A stretch of 64,000 nt of DNA from Candidatus Poribacteria bacterium (GCA_965215015.1 OZ244042.1:736001-800000), one strand, 5' to 3'. Positions 1 through 9,629 are shown, numbered from the stretch's first letter. Program-made: numbers and translations. The notes: generated from the letters alone by a model not told the origin.

Positions 1-672
1 AGCCTCAGCGACACGAGCGAACAGACGTTCAACGCGTTTATGTGGACGATTGCTTATCTCTTTAAGGATCGCGGGATTGACCCGACCAAGACAATCGTAT
101 GGTACGAAAACGAATCTGGCGTTAAGGCAGCGCGCGGATTCTGGTTCTGTGAGTATCTGGGGCATGAAGATGTGCGAGTGTTGGATGGTGGACTCAGTGC
201 TTGGTCTGCCGCTGGTGGGGAAGTGAGCACCGAAGCCGTAGCACCAGAGGAGGTCCCACAATTTTCGACCAACTCAAAACCAGATGCCCACATGGATGCA
301 GAGACCATCCACGGGTTACTTGATGCCGGTGACTTTGCTGTCCTCGATACGCGTGCCGCTGCCGAACATTACGGCGATGTCGCGCGTTCTGCCCGGGGGG
401 GTGCCATCCCCGGTTCCGTCCATATCGAATGGCTCAACAATCTGGACGAGAATGGCAAGTTCAGGGCTGCTGCTGAACTTCGTGCGCTCTATGAATCTGC
501 GGGCATTACACCGGAGAAGCGTGTCATGTCCTACTGACAGGGCGGATACCGCTCCTCCCACAGCTATTTGGCGTTGCGGCTTTTGGGCTACCAGAAAGTC
601 AGTAACTACATTGGTTCGTGGAAAGAGTGGGGAGATCGGCTGGATCTGCCGATCGAGATACCAGAAGCGTGA
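1..672 (+). CDS. Tandem-domain rhodanese/sulfurtransferase (SseA/COG2897-like), 5'-truncated, with in-frame TGA (535-537) at the catalytic Cys: probable selenoprotein
   Basis: Frame open from base 1; VLDGGLSAW, LDTRxxxE and [11 protein letters not shown] motifs. Past the TGA the same frame reads [40 protein letters not shown] (rhodanese C-terminal signature) to TGA 670-672. Confidence 0.9.
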
Positions 673-701
673 AATCGAAAACAAGCTACCCCTTGTTTGT
701 C

Positions 702-1892
702 TTATGCCAACGCCTGATCAAGGTCTGCGATAATATCTTCCACTTCCTCCAAACCGACAGAAACCCTTACCAAACCATCCGTGATTTGGGCACGTCTCCG
801 TGCTTCTGGGGAAACCTGCGAGTGCGTCGTCGAAGCGGAGTGACAGATTAACGTCCGTACGTCACCCAAGCTGACTGCAAGCGCGCACAGTTCAACTCGA
901 TTCACCAATTTCTCTCCCGCCGATACACCGCCTTTGAGTTCAAAAGCGATCATCCCGCCGAAATCGTTCATCTGCTGTTTGGCAAGCGCATGCTGTGGGT
1001 GACTTGGCAGACCGGGGTAATGCACCCGTTCAATAGCCGAATGATTTTCTAGAAATTCCGCGAGCGTGCGGGCGTTGGCACAGTGGCACTCAAAGCGCAG
1101 CGGCAACGTGGCAATCCCGTGCAGCGTCAGCCATGCGTTGAACGGGCTAATGACACCCCCGAAGTGTCGTAAGGGACCTTTCCTTGCGCGATCGATAAAC
1201 TCCTTTGATCCAACAATCACGCCGGCAACCACCGTCCCATTTCCGCTGAGATACTTGGTCATACTGTGGACGACAATATCAATACCAAGAGAGATTGGCT
1301 GCTGTCCGCACGGCGTGGCAAAGGTGTTATCGAAAACTGACGTAACTCCGTGCGTACTTGCAATCTCCGCACAAGCAGCGATGTCAACCAGCTTTAGCGT
1401 TGGATTGACAGGACTTTCAAGATAGAGAGCTTTCGTATTCGGTTGGATTGCTCGCTCGACTGCGTTGGGATCGGTTGCATCCACAAATGTGATTTCAACA
1501 CCCATGCGGCGAAGTTCTTCGTCCAGGATATTGTATGAGCCAGAATAAAGAGAGTCCATCGCCACAACATGGTCTCCGTGAGCAAGTAGTGTCAACAGTG
1601 CCGTGCTCACAGCTGCCATGCCCGACGCTGTTGCGAGCGCGGCTTCACCACATTCCAATACGGCAATTTTACTTTCGAGCACAGATTGCGTCGGATTACC
1701 CCATCGTGTATAAACATAGCCCGAATCCTCGTCGGTGAACGCAGTGACACACTCCGCCGCTGTCTCAAACTGGAAGGTGCTGTTCTGGTAGATGGGTGGA
1801 CTGAGGGGCCCCGTTTTGGGAAGGGATTCTTCGCCGGCGTGGATAGCTTTGGTTGACCAGCCGGCAGATCTGGATTTGGTTGTCATAATCAT
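702..1892 (-). CDS. Cys/Met metabolism PLP-dependent enzyme (methionine gamma-lyase / cystathionine gamma-synthase-lyase family)
   Basis: YVYTRWGNPT, SGMAAV, DNTFATP, HSMTKYL (PLP Lys), AVSLGD, VRVSVGLE. Confidence 0.9.
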   Translation of the reverse strand: MIMTTKSRSAGWSTKAIHAGEESLPKTGPLSPPIYQNSTFQFETAAECVTAFTDEDSGYVYTRWGNPTQSVLESKIAVLECGEAALATASGMAAVSTALLTLLAHGDHVVAMDSLYSGSYNILDEELRRMGVEITFVDATDPNAVERAIQPNTKALYLESPVNPTLKLVDIAACAEIASTHGVTSVFDNTFATPCGQQPISLGIDIVVHSMTKYLSGNGTVVAGVIVGSKEFIDRARKGPLRHFGGVISPFNAWLTLHGIATLPLRFECHCANARTLAEFLENHSAIERVHYPGLPSHPQHALAKQQMNDFGGMIAFELKGGVSAGEKLVNRVELCALAVSLGDVRTLICHSASTTHSQVSPEARRRAQITDGLVRVSVGLEEVEDIIADLDQALA

Positions 1893-2009
1893 TAATCCAT
1901 TAGTTATTCTTAACTGAAGTTTCTAGATTCTGTTGACACTTGACAAATTGAGCCAATCTCCGTTCCGAGAGTCTTAGATCTGATACACTGGAGACGACTT
2001 GGGACCGTC

Positions 2010-2085
2010 GTAGGGCTAACTCTTGTGGTTACCCTGTGGTCTGGAGGTTGTCTGCATCTTGGGCAGGCACAAGGGTTGCGCCTAC
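2010..2085. repeat. REP-like GTAG...CTAC doublet
   Basis: gtagggctaactcttgtggttaccct ... gggcaggcacaagggttgcgcctac; closely similar doublet at 6581-6634. Confidence 0.7.
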
Positions 2086-2210
2086 ACCGAGCTGTAAGTC
2101 AATTTTCCAAAATGGACAATACCGAGAACATAGCACGATAGAATACCAGATGCTGTTGCGCCCCATTGGTTCGATCCACCCGGAACATTGCGCTAGAGTC
2201 CGGGTGTTTT

Positions 2211-2266
2211 GTCGAGATATGAATCTCGACCGACAAGGCTTCGGGGGTTCAACTGCGTAAGTCCTA
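2211..2266. repeat. Palindrome GTCGAGAT-ATGA-ATCTCGAC plus TGCGTAAGTCCTA terminal motif
   Basis: Palindrome recurs at ~3903 and ~56892; TAGGACTTACGCA motif recurs at 32436, 34461 and 36514. Confidence 0.75.
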
Positions 2267-2288
2267 TGATTAGCAACTGGGGCTACTC

Positions 2289-3608
2289 TTATAATTTCTC
2301 CAAAACTTGTTCTGTAATCTCTATGGTGTGTTCGATGTCCGCCTCTGTGTGGGCAAAGGAGATACTCCCCTGTTTGGTGGGAAGTGGGAAATGAAAGATG
2401 CCCCTTTCAATTAAGAGTGTCCTGTATTTTTTATCGAGGTCCATATCGTGGGATTGTGCAATTTGCAGCCAATTGGTCGGCGTCTTGTCCATAAAATAAA
2501 CGACAAAGGCTGATCCTTGTCGAGCGACTATTGAGGGGAAATCTTTCTGAGACAGCAGGGTATTTAAGCCGTTCTCCATCATCTGGCCGAGGTGTTCCAG
2601 ATGACCATAAATCTCGCTTTCCTGCGCCTTCAATTTCTTTAAGGTTGCAATTGCCGCTGCCGTTGGGACAGGATGGGCACTATAGGTACCTGCGATTAAC
2701 ACCTTCTTTTCTGGCTGCGGGTGATTGAAATACTCCATATACTCCCGCTTTCCCCCGACGACGCCGAGCGGATAGCCGTTGGCAACCGCCTTTCCGAACA
2801 CCGACAAATCTGGCTGCACTCCACATATCGCCTGATAACCGCTCAAGGCGTGCCGAAAGCCTGTTTTTACCTCGTCGAAAATTAATAAGGAACCGTGTTG
2901 ATCGCACAGGGTTCGCAGTCCCCCTAGGTATCCAGCGTTAGGCTTGACCACACCGATGTTTTGTAGAATCGGTTCAAGGATAATACAAGCGATATTCTCG
3001 GTTTTTATCAGGTTTTCTACGGCGTCCAAGTCGTTGAACTGTACGACATGGACATGCTGAGAAGCGGACGCCGGCATACCGGCTGTAATCGGATAGAGCG
3101 GCAATTCCTTACCCTGCTGATAGCCTGCGATTCTCTCATGAGAATCCATCAAATTAAAAGCGACATCGTTATGCCAGCCGTTGTACCCGCCCTGCATGAT
3201 AATCACTTCGTCGCGCCCGGTGACCGCCCGAGCAACCCGCACTGCGAAAAAGGTCGCCTCTGATCCCGTATTGGTGATCTGTACTTGGTCTAGGGTGGGG
3301 ATACATTCTACCAGCAGATTCGCCACCTCCCCTTCCCAAGGGGTCGTTCCCGCACCTATCAGGGATTTGCTCTCCTTTATGGCTTGAATCACCGCCCCAT
3401 CAACATCCGGATCACTGTGGCCAAGCAGATAGGGCGAGAAGGCAGCGTGATAATCGATGTACTGCTTTCCACCGCCATCCCAGAGATAGGCACCCTCTGC
3501 TTTCACAAAAACGCGCATCGGATCGATCACTCGATTCAGTGAAACGACGCCACCGGGTATCACTTTTTTGTGTTGTTCCCAGACTGCTGCTATGTCTTTC
3601 TGTGTCAT
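2289..3608 (-). CDS. Class III PLP aminotransferase, glutamate-1-semialdehyde aminomutase-like
   Basis: IPGGV, GAYLWD, NTGSEAT, GGYNGWH, FDEVKTGFR, FGKAVANG, AGTYS. Confidence 0.85.
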   Translation of the reverse strand: MTQKDIAAVWEQHKKVIPGGVVSLNRVIDPMRVFVKAEGAYLWDGGGKQYIDYHAAFSPYLLGHSDPDVDGAVIQAIKESKSLIGAGTTPWEGEVANLLVECIPTLDQVQITNTGSEATFFAVRVARAVTGRDEVIIMQGGYNGWHNDVAFNLMDSHERIAGYQQGKELPLYPITAGMPASASQHVHVVQFNDLDAVENLIKTENIACIILEPILQNIGVVKPNAGYLGGLRTLCDQHGSLLIFDEVKTGFRHALSGYQAICGVQPDLSVFGKAVANGYPLGVVGGKREYMEYFNHPQPEKKVLIAGTYSAHPVPTAAAIATLKKLKAQESEIYGHLEHLGQMMENGLNTLLSQKDFPSIVARQGSAFVVYFMDKTPTNWLQIAQSHDMDLDKKYRTLLIERGIFHFPLPTKQGSISFAHTEADIEHTIEITEQVLEKL

Positions 3609-3830
3609 CGTCTTTTCTCTTTTGGATATATTATCTAAACTCTACTCTGTACACCTGTCGGCCCGATCGGGCACTAGCTTCGCTATACACATTGCGCTCC
3701 TCCCCGATAAATTAGGATTCAAAACTGGAGCGCAGAGATCAGAGGGATCGGCATTCTATAGATATATCGCTCCGCTGGAGCGAAAGAGGAACACTCAATT
3801 TTCACAGAAAACCGATGGATTTTTCAATAG

Positions 3831-3993
3831 CTAGGTTCTGTTGACATTTGGAAACCGTCTGTCTATTTTCCAAAATCGACCATACCTAGGCAATAGTGTT
3901 TGGTCGAGATATGAATCTCGACCGACAGGCACCCTGCCAACTTCGTTCCGAGGGACTCCGACCTACGTACTGTCAAATATTAAAGCGTCTTAG
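3831..3993. mobile_element. MITE-like element with TTCTGTTGACATTTG end and internal REP-like palindrome
   Basis: Shares left end, GTCGAGATATGAATCTCGACCG and ...TTCCGAG...CTCCGA...CGTACTGTCAAAT right part with 56872-57086. Confidence 0.6.
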
Positions 3994-4016
3994 CAACTTG
4001 GGTTATCTTATCTGAA

Positions 4017-4859
4017 CTACTGCTCCCTTTCATAGATTTGCGTTGGATCGATTACCGATTTCTCGTTATGCAGCTCTTCGGTCAGGATACCGGCTTGGAG
4101 TTGTGTTAAGCCATTACCGGTCATAACGAACAGGAGCGGATCCTTCCGGTATTCAGCGAGACCCACCTCAAGCGCATTGCGCGCCCGAAAGCGTCGCGCC
4201 ACGGCGTTACCTACCCTACCGACTTGAGCGAGCTTGCGTTTCTCTAGTATTGCTCCAAGTTTGTTGAAGTCGTTACCCACAAACCCCGGCTTGGGACTGT
4301 AGCCGAACATGGGGAGCGGTCGTTTTCGCCCATCTGGCTCTTGAACTCTGGCCTCGACTTCCCGCCACCGCCGGTAGCGCACTTGCACAAGCTGCTCAAT
4401 AACGTGAAAGAAGGTACAGCGGAGATAGGGAACACCTAGCATTAAGATGTGCCCATCCAGCTCATAGAGTTTCCAGAAGGGACCGTCGGCTGCCCAAGCG
4501 GAGGGTCCATGGACGGCGGTGATACTTTCCGCGTGGGCCCCCAAAGCAGCGACAGAGTGCAGCAGGTGATGGCTCCGCCGTGCCCCGGGGCGCGTCCGAG
4601 CCACCTCTGAGATACGTCCCATTTCCGACGCATCCCGAATAGGGTCAAACACCGGATTGAGTTTTCCGCCGTGGGAGAAGGTGAAGGTCGGCACGACGAG
4701 TGTACCCGTTGAACCGAGCACATCCAAGAATGCGTCAACCACAGCGTCCGCGCCACCTTCGACGTAGCCAATACTGCTCAACGAGCTGTGTACAAAGACA
4801 ATATGACCGGTCTGTACGCCTAGCGTTTGTAGTGCTTCAGTAATCTGTTCCTGTCTCAC
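4017..4859 (-). CDS. AAC(3)/YokD family N-acetyltransferase
   Basis: VFVHSSLSSIGYVEGG, GTLVVPTFT, MGRISE, RRSHHLLHSVAALG, CTFFHVIE. Confidence 0.9.
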   Translation of the reverse strand: MRQEQITEALQTLGVQTGHIVFVHSSLSSIGYVEGGADAVVDAFLDVLGSTGTLVVPTFTFSHGGKLNPVFDPIRDASEMGRISEVARTRPGARRSHHLLHSVAALGAHAESITAVHGPSAWAADGPFWKLYELDGHILMLGVPYLRCTFFHVIEQLVQVRYRRWREVEARVQEPDGRKRPLPMFGYSPKPGFVGNDFNKLGAILEKRKLAQVGRVGNAVARRFRARNALEVGLAEYRKDPLLFVMTGNGLTQLQAGILTEELHNEKSVIDPTQIYEREQ

Positions 4860-4862
4860 TGT

Positions 4863-6119
4863 TTATCCTAGCACCGCGTCCACTTTATTAATCGCCGCAG
4901 CCATCAATCGGGCGTGGTCTTCCTGCATATTGACATTGAAACCGAACCGTAAGGCTCTACCCAGAATTGACAGGGTCTGCGGGCACATATCCCGTGAATA
5001 TTCAACGCTCCCCTTGTAGGCAGGATCTTTCCACGGATAGCCCGATGGGTGGTGGGAATGCTTAAATAAGATTGAATCCCAGTAATAGTAGATGTGGCGG
5101 TCTGGAAATCCTTCGTTGTATGCTGTGCCTGCGCCCAGTCCTTCTGCCTGGAGTGCCTCGACATATTTCGGGGCGAGTTCCGAATCTTTAACGATGATTG
5201 CTGCGCTGATGCCGCATTCACCTTCGGGATCATCGACATGCTGTGGGATATACCCTTTCGGCTCGTCCAACTCCGCAAGGAACGCCTTTTTTAATCGACG
5301 GGTATGGCTCAAGATGTCCTCAAGTTTGGAAAGTTGCACTCGCGCAATTGACCCCATAATTTCACTTGGACGGTATCCCTGACGTGAAAAAGGTGGATTT
5401 TGCCACTCCTTATCGCTCATCCACATCGGCATCGCGGCATCGCTGGCGAACGCGGTGCGTTCATAGATGTCATAGTCATCCGTAAAGACCATGCCTCCTT
5501 CACCGCAGCTAATTACTTTGAAATAGTTTAGACTCCACGCCCCGGCTTCGCCCCACGTTCCGGTATATGCGCCTTTATATCGCCCACCAACGCACTGACA
5601 ACAATCTTCGACCATTTTGAGGTCATGCCGCTGGGCAATCGCGATGAGATTATCAAGACGACACGGCACCCCTTGCATGTGGACAGGAAGGATTGCCTTT
5701 GTATGTGGGGTAATCTTCCGTTCAACATCGGCGGGGTCCATGCCGAGCGATTCGTCAATTTCAGCGATCACCGGGATAGCACCCACACCAACGACCGCTG
5801 CCGCTGTCGCAATAAAGGTATAGCCCGGCAGAATCACTTCGTCGCCGGGACCGACGCCAATTCCTGTCAGCGCACAGATTATCGCACTCGTACCAGAATT
5901 GACCATCAGTGCGTGATTCACACCGATCAGTGCCGCGGCTTCCTTTTCAAACGCAGCCACGTGAGAATCCTCAACAAACCGGAACAGTCTGCCACTCCGT
6001 AACACCTCGGTGACTGCGTTGATTTCTCGTTCATCGATAGCACTTGGACCATGTACACCGCTGGGAATCGGCTCCGCAATAACCGGGGGTCCCCCATCAA
6101 TAGCCAATCGATCTGCCAT
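4863..6119 (-). CDS. DegT/DnrJ/EryC1/StrS family sugar aminotransferase
   Basis: LAIDGG, NSGTSA, GPGDEVILPGYTFIAT, EDCCQ, SLNYFKVISCGEGG. Confidence 0.92.
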   Translation of the reverse strand: MADRLAIDGGPPVIAEPIPSGVHGPSAIDEREINAVTEVLRSGRLFRFVEDSHVAAFEKEAAALIGVNHALMVNSGTSAIICALTGIGVGPGDEVILPGYTFIATAAAVVGVGAIPVIAEIDESLGMDPADVERKITPHTKAILPVHMQGVPCRLDNLIAIAQRHDLKMVEDCCQCVGGRYKGAYTGTWGEAGAWSLNYFKVISCGEGGMVFTDDYDIYERTAFASDAAMPMWMSDKEWQNPPFSRQGYRPSEIMGSIARVQLSKLEDILSHTRRLKKAFLAELDEPKGYIPQHVDDPEGECGISAAIIVKDSELAPKYVEALQAEGLGAGTAYNEGFPDRHIYYYWDSILFKHSHHPSGYPWKDPAYKGSVEYSRDMCPQTLSILGRALRFGFNVNMQEDHARLMAAAINKVDAVLG

Positions 6120-6301
6120 TTTTTCCCTCCAAGCCTTCGTTTGTGATATATGTTATCTCCCCTGATTGAGGCATGAAAACTATATCACAGCGCATAATCT
6201 CTGTCAACGGTTGTTTTTCATGGCAACCGTATCGCAGAAAGCAAACTTGACATTTTTTATATCCTAGCATATCCTATAGCTATCTCATTCTTTGGAAAGT
6301 T

Positions 6302-6584
6302 ATGATTAGTGCTATGCAGATTTCACAGGTTTCTATTGAACAGGCAATCAAAACCGTCGTTGTTGATGTGAGTCCGTCAATTGTTGCGGCATATCTTTTC
6401 GGATCGTACGCGACAGGGAGGGTTAGGACAGAAAGCGATGTGGATGTGGCACTTCTGTTGGGTGAGGTGGATGCGTCGAACTAGCCCTAGAGTTCTATAT
6501 ACGGTTTACGATGCCATCCATAACGATCTCGGGGATGTTGGCGATTTCTGCGCCGAGATTGCGAACTATCTTGATTCGCCGTAG
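6302..6584 (+). pseudogene. Collapsed MNT (nucleotidyltransferase) - HEPN/DUF86 toxin-antitoxin remnant
   Basis: AAYLFGSYATG...ESDVDVALL (MNT GS...DxD) stops at 6484; then VYDAIHNDLGDVGDFCAEIANYL in another frame resembles a DUF86/HepT C-terminal helix. Confidence 0.65.
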
Positions 6585-6634
6585 GGACAACCCTTGTGGT
6601 TGCCCTTTTGGGCAGGCACGAGATTTACCCCCTA
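6581..6634. repeat. REP-like GTAG...CTAC doublet
   Basis: gtagggacaacccttgtggttgccct...gggcaggcacgagatttacccctac; similar to 2010-2085. Confidence 0.7.
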
Positions 6635-6703
6635 CAAGGCAATAAAATCTTCCGAAGATTTGGCAGCTTTGGAAGGTGAGTGTCGATTGGGGAGGATTAA
6701 TTT

Positions 6704-7459
6704 ATGCCGAATTTGCGTTTTGCAGCACCTAAAGAAAAACGGGTGGCAGTCATTACTGGCGGGGCTCGAGGTATCGGCGGTGCGAGTGCCATTCGGCTCG
6801 CAGAGGAGGGGCGGGATATTGTCATCGCGGATATCCTCGAAGAGGAAGCCGCCGATGTGGTCAAAGAGATTGAACAGATCGGGCAGCGCGCGCTATTTAT
6901 AAAAACAGACGTGACTGATTTCGATGCCGTTCAATTGACCGCCAATCAAACGGTTGAAACCTTCGGACGCCTGGACATTCTTGTCTGCTGCGCTGGAATT
7001 TTGGGGCTAGAGGCACCGTTCCATGAACAATCTGTCGAGCAATTCGATAAAGTCATGCGGATTAACATCTATGGCATTTACCACGCACATCAGGCAGCCA
7101 TCCCTCACATGTTGGCGCGAAGTTGGGGACGGTGTGTGACAATCTCCTCTGGAGCGCGTCGCGGCTCAACGAATCAGGTGCCGTATGGTGTCTCAAAGGG
7201 AGCTGTCTATTCGTTTATCGGGGCACTGGGCAATGCGTATCCCAAACAGGGGGTATTTGTAAATGGTGTGGAACCGGGCCGCGCGCTTACGGAGATGGTG
7301 GTCCCGCGTTTTTCCGCTGAACATCTTGCTGATCCGGGAACGCCGATCGGACGCTACTCAGACGCAGAAGAGTTGGCGGAAGTTATCGAGTTTCTCTGCT
7401 CGGAGCGCAATACTTATGTCACCGGTGCTGTCTGGAGCGTGAAGGGTGGAACAGGATAG
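6704..7459 (+). CDS. Short-chain dehydrogenase/reductase
   Basis: TGGARGIG, YGVSK; GGGAGG RBS. Confidence 0.9.
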   Translation: MPNLRFAAPKEKRVAVITGGARGIGGASAIRLAEEGRDIVIADILEEEAADVVKEIEQIGQRALFIKTDVTDFDAVQLTANQTVETFGRLDILVCCAGILGLEAPFHEQSVEQFDKVMRINIYGIYHAHQAAIPHMLARSWGRCVTISSGARRGSTNQVPYGVSKGAVYSFIGALGNAYPKQGVFVNGVEPGRALTEMVVPRFSAEHLADPGTPIGRYSDAEELAEVIEFLCSERNTYVTGAVWSVKGGTG

Positions 7460-7510
7460 TGATTGAGCTGCGGGATTAACAATCAGTAACATAAGGAGGA
7501 ACAAGCCGCA

Positions 7511-8320
7511 ATGCGCGATAAACTTACAGAAAAACAGATTGAATTCTACCGGACCAACGGCTTTTTGGTCATTGAGAATTTCCTTGATGCCAATGAGTTG
7601 GAGGAGTGGCGTCGATGCACCGAGGAATCCGTTGCGGAGCGTCTGGGGGGTGCGGTGGATTTTTTGACAAATCAGATGGATCCAAACGCTTTTTACGCGA
7701 GAGTCTTCACTCAGTGCTTGCGGCTTGCCGATACGCACGAAGGCATGCATAAACTCATCCGTGATCCGCGAATCGGACGGATGGCTACCACATTGGCAGG
7801 TGTAGAAGGCATCCGGATCTGGCATGACCAAGCGTTGATTAAGCCGCCCCACGGGAATCCGACGGCTTGGCATTTGGACGTACCCTATTGGTCATTTGAC
7901 TCCCGCGATGCCCTATCTTTGTGGATGGCATTAGATGATATAACGCTTGCCAATGGATGCCTCTGGTATTTGCCCGGTGTACATCGGGTTGCACGATTTG
8001 AGAATGTCGGGATTGGAGAGAACTTGGGGGGATTGTTCAAAGTATATCCCGAATGGCGAGAGATTGAACCCCAGGCGTGCCCATGCCCCGCTGGATCGGT
8101 TGTCTGGCATAATGGTCTCACTGCCCATGCCGCCGGTGCAAATATGACAATTCGACCGCGCCGTGCGATGACGTGCGCCTTTATGCCTGACGGTTCAAGG
8201 TTTAATGGCAAGCAGAATATCCTGCCAGATGACCATTTTAATTCTCTAACGATTGGTGATTTACTAGACGACCCACAGCAAAACGAACTTATCTGGCATA
8301 ATTCATGGGCAGCCCAGTAA
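7511..8320 (+). CDS. Phytanoyl-CoA dioxygenase (PhyH) family Fe(II)/2OG dioxygenase
   Basis: LTEKQIEFYRTNGFL, WHLD, NGCL, HNGLTAHAAGAN, RRA. Confidence 0.92.
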   Translation: MRDKLTEKQIEFYRTNGFLVIENFLDANELEEWRRCTEESVAERLGGAVDFLTNQMDPNAFYARVFTQCLRLADTHEGMHKLIRDPRIGRMATTLAGVEGIRIWHDQALIKPPHGNPTAWHLDVPYWSFDSRDALSLWMALDDITLANGCLWYLPGVHRVARFENVGIGENLGGLFKVYPEWREIEPQACPCPAGSVVWHNGLTAHAAGANMTIRPRRAMTCAFMPDGSRFNGKQNILPDDHFNSLTIGDLLDDPQQNELIWHNSWAAQ

Positions 8321-8369
8321 AATGTGAAACGTGATGCAAACCGCTCTGATTTACATTTGCGCGATGCGA

Positions 8370-9545
8370 TTATGAAATCGATACCGCCGGTGGATTGATG
8401 AAGTCGTGATATTTCTGTGCAACCTGCCCCGTTGCAGCATCGCCTGCGTGGATGAGTACACGGAAACGGAAATTCATCTCCTGACCACTTTTCAGCGTGT
8501 AAGAACCATCTTTGCTGGGATTGCCTTCAAACGTGCCGGTCCCGAAAATGTTTGTCGTCATTAAGCCGTAGTTACGGACATGCCAATATGTCGGATAGCG
8601 CGGGTTGGAAATGTGATCATATACAGCAATTCCAACGGGCGTTCCTTCGACGACTCCTGAGTAATCGCACCACTGTGCACGCACGCCCCATGTTTCGCCT
8701 TCGTTAATCCCGCCGTAAGCGTTTTCAATCTTTCCGCCCTCCGATGCGTTCATCGATGGATTGACCCGAACCGATATAATTCCGCCCTCTTTGGTGTCGC
8801 CGAAATGGACATCTCCTGCGGAAGCGATGAAGGTCAAATCCAGATCGATAATGGTTGCGGTCTCAGGGGTGTTATAGATGCGGAAGTGCTGTCGGTCTGA
8901 CATCAACTTTTCGCCTGCCTTACTGACCCAATCGTTTTCGGTATAGATTTTACCAACCACCGCTCCTCCGCTTTTATTCGTAAAGGATTGATGCACGACT
9001 TTACCAGAATTTTTGCCCTCTGCCCACACATCCACATCGTTGACCTCACCATAGGCTACGTACAGCGATCGGTGATGGATGTGGTCGCTGGAGTTTTCGC
9101 TAATTTCGCCGCGGGTTACCAAATTCCCTCCGGGTCCCAAGACCGGAAAGAAGTAAGGACGAAACCCATCTGTCCCATAGCGGAAGGTTGTAAACACCCT
9201 ACCATCGATTGTCACATCAATCGCATTGTCGCGTTCACTGAATACAACACCGCTACCCCCTGCAAGATCCCCCCGATAGATCGGGCTGCAAGTACCTGAT
9301 GAGAGGATATATGATCGTTCATGGCGGGCGTTGAGCCCATCCAAAATCCACGAGAGGGTCGCGGTTTTGCCATCGCTATTGAGGTCGGCGGGGATGACTA
9401 CGCCGCTCGCCCGATCCGTAAGAGTGACCGGTCCACCTGCAAGTGCTTGGGCCTCAGGATTGTCCACCTCAACGCTAACGGGGCAACCGTCTCGATTGTG
9501 TTCCCCTGCATTGACTATAACGGTAATACGATTTTTGTCTGTCAT
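8370..9545 (-). CDS. DUF6807 / Pfam 'PmoA'-type beta-sandwich protein (not methane monooxygenase)
   Basis: RPYFFPV, DHIHHRSL, FGDTKEGG, WCDYSG, NPRYPTYWHVRNYGL. Confidence 0.75.
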   Translation of the reverse strand: MTDKNRITVIVNAGEHNRDGCPVSVEVDNPEAQALAGGPVTLTDRASGVVIPADLNSDGKTATLSWILDGLNARHERSYILSSGTCSPIYRGDLAGGSGVVFSERDNAIDVTIDGRVFTTFRYGTDGFRPYFFPVLGPGGNLVTRGEISENSSDHIHHRSLYVAYGEVNDVDVWAEGKNSGKVVHQSFTNKSGGAVVGKIYTENDWVSKAGEKLMSDRQHFRIYNTPETATIIDLDLTFIASAGDVHFGDTKEGGIISVRVNPSMNASEGGKIENAYGGINEGETWGVRAQWCDYSGVVEGTPVGIAVYDHISNPRYPTYWHVRNYGLMTTNIFGTGTFEGNPSKDGSYTLKSGQEMNFRFRVLIHAGDAATGQVAQKYHDFINPPAVSIS

Positions 9546-9629
9546 AGATAGCTCCTTGGAATTTGTGATTAATACACTTGCCCATTATATCATCTCCTTC
9601 ATCGTTTGGACAACTATCAAAATGAACAC

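Noticed and set aside
535-537. Genome-wide TGA reassignment (genetic code 4 or 25)
   Set aside because: Many genes here end properly at TGA (for example 13586, 22086, 40758, 51890), and I saw no other conserved gene with an internal TGA.
2289-3608. Calling this hemL
   Set aside because: It lacks the PGGVNSPVR signature (has PGGVVSLNR) and is not near the hem genes.
8370-9545. Particulate methane monooxygenase
   Set aside because: Soluble, non-membrane sequence of the misleadingly named Pfam family; no pmoB or pmoC.
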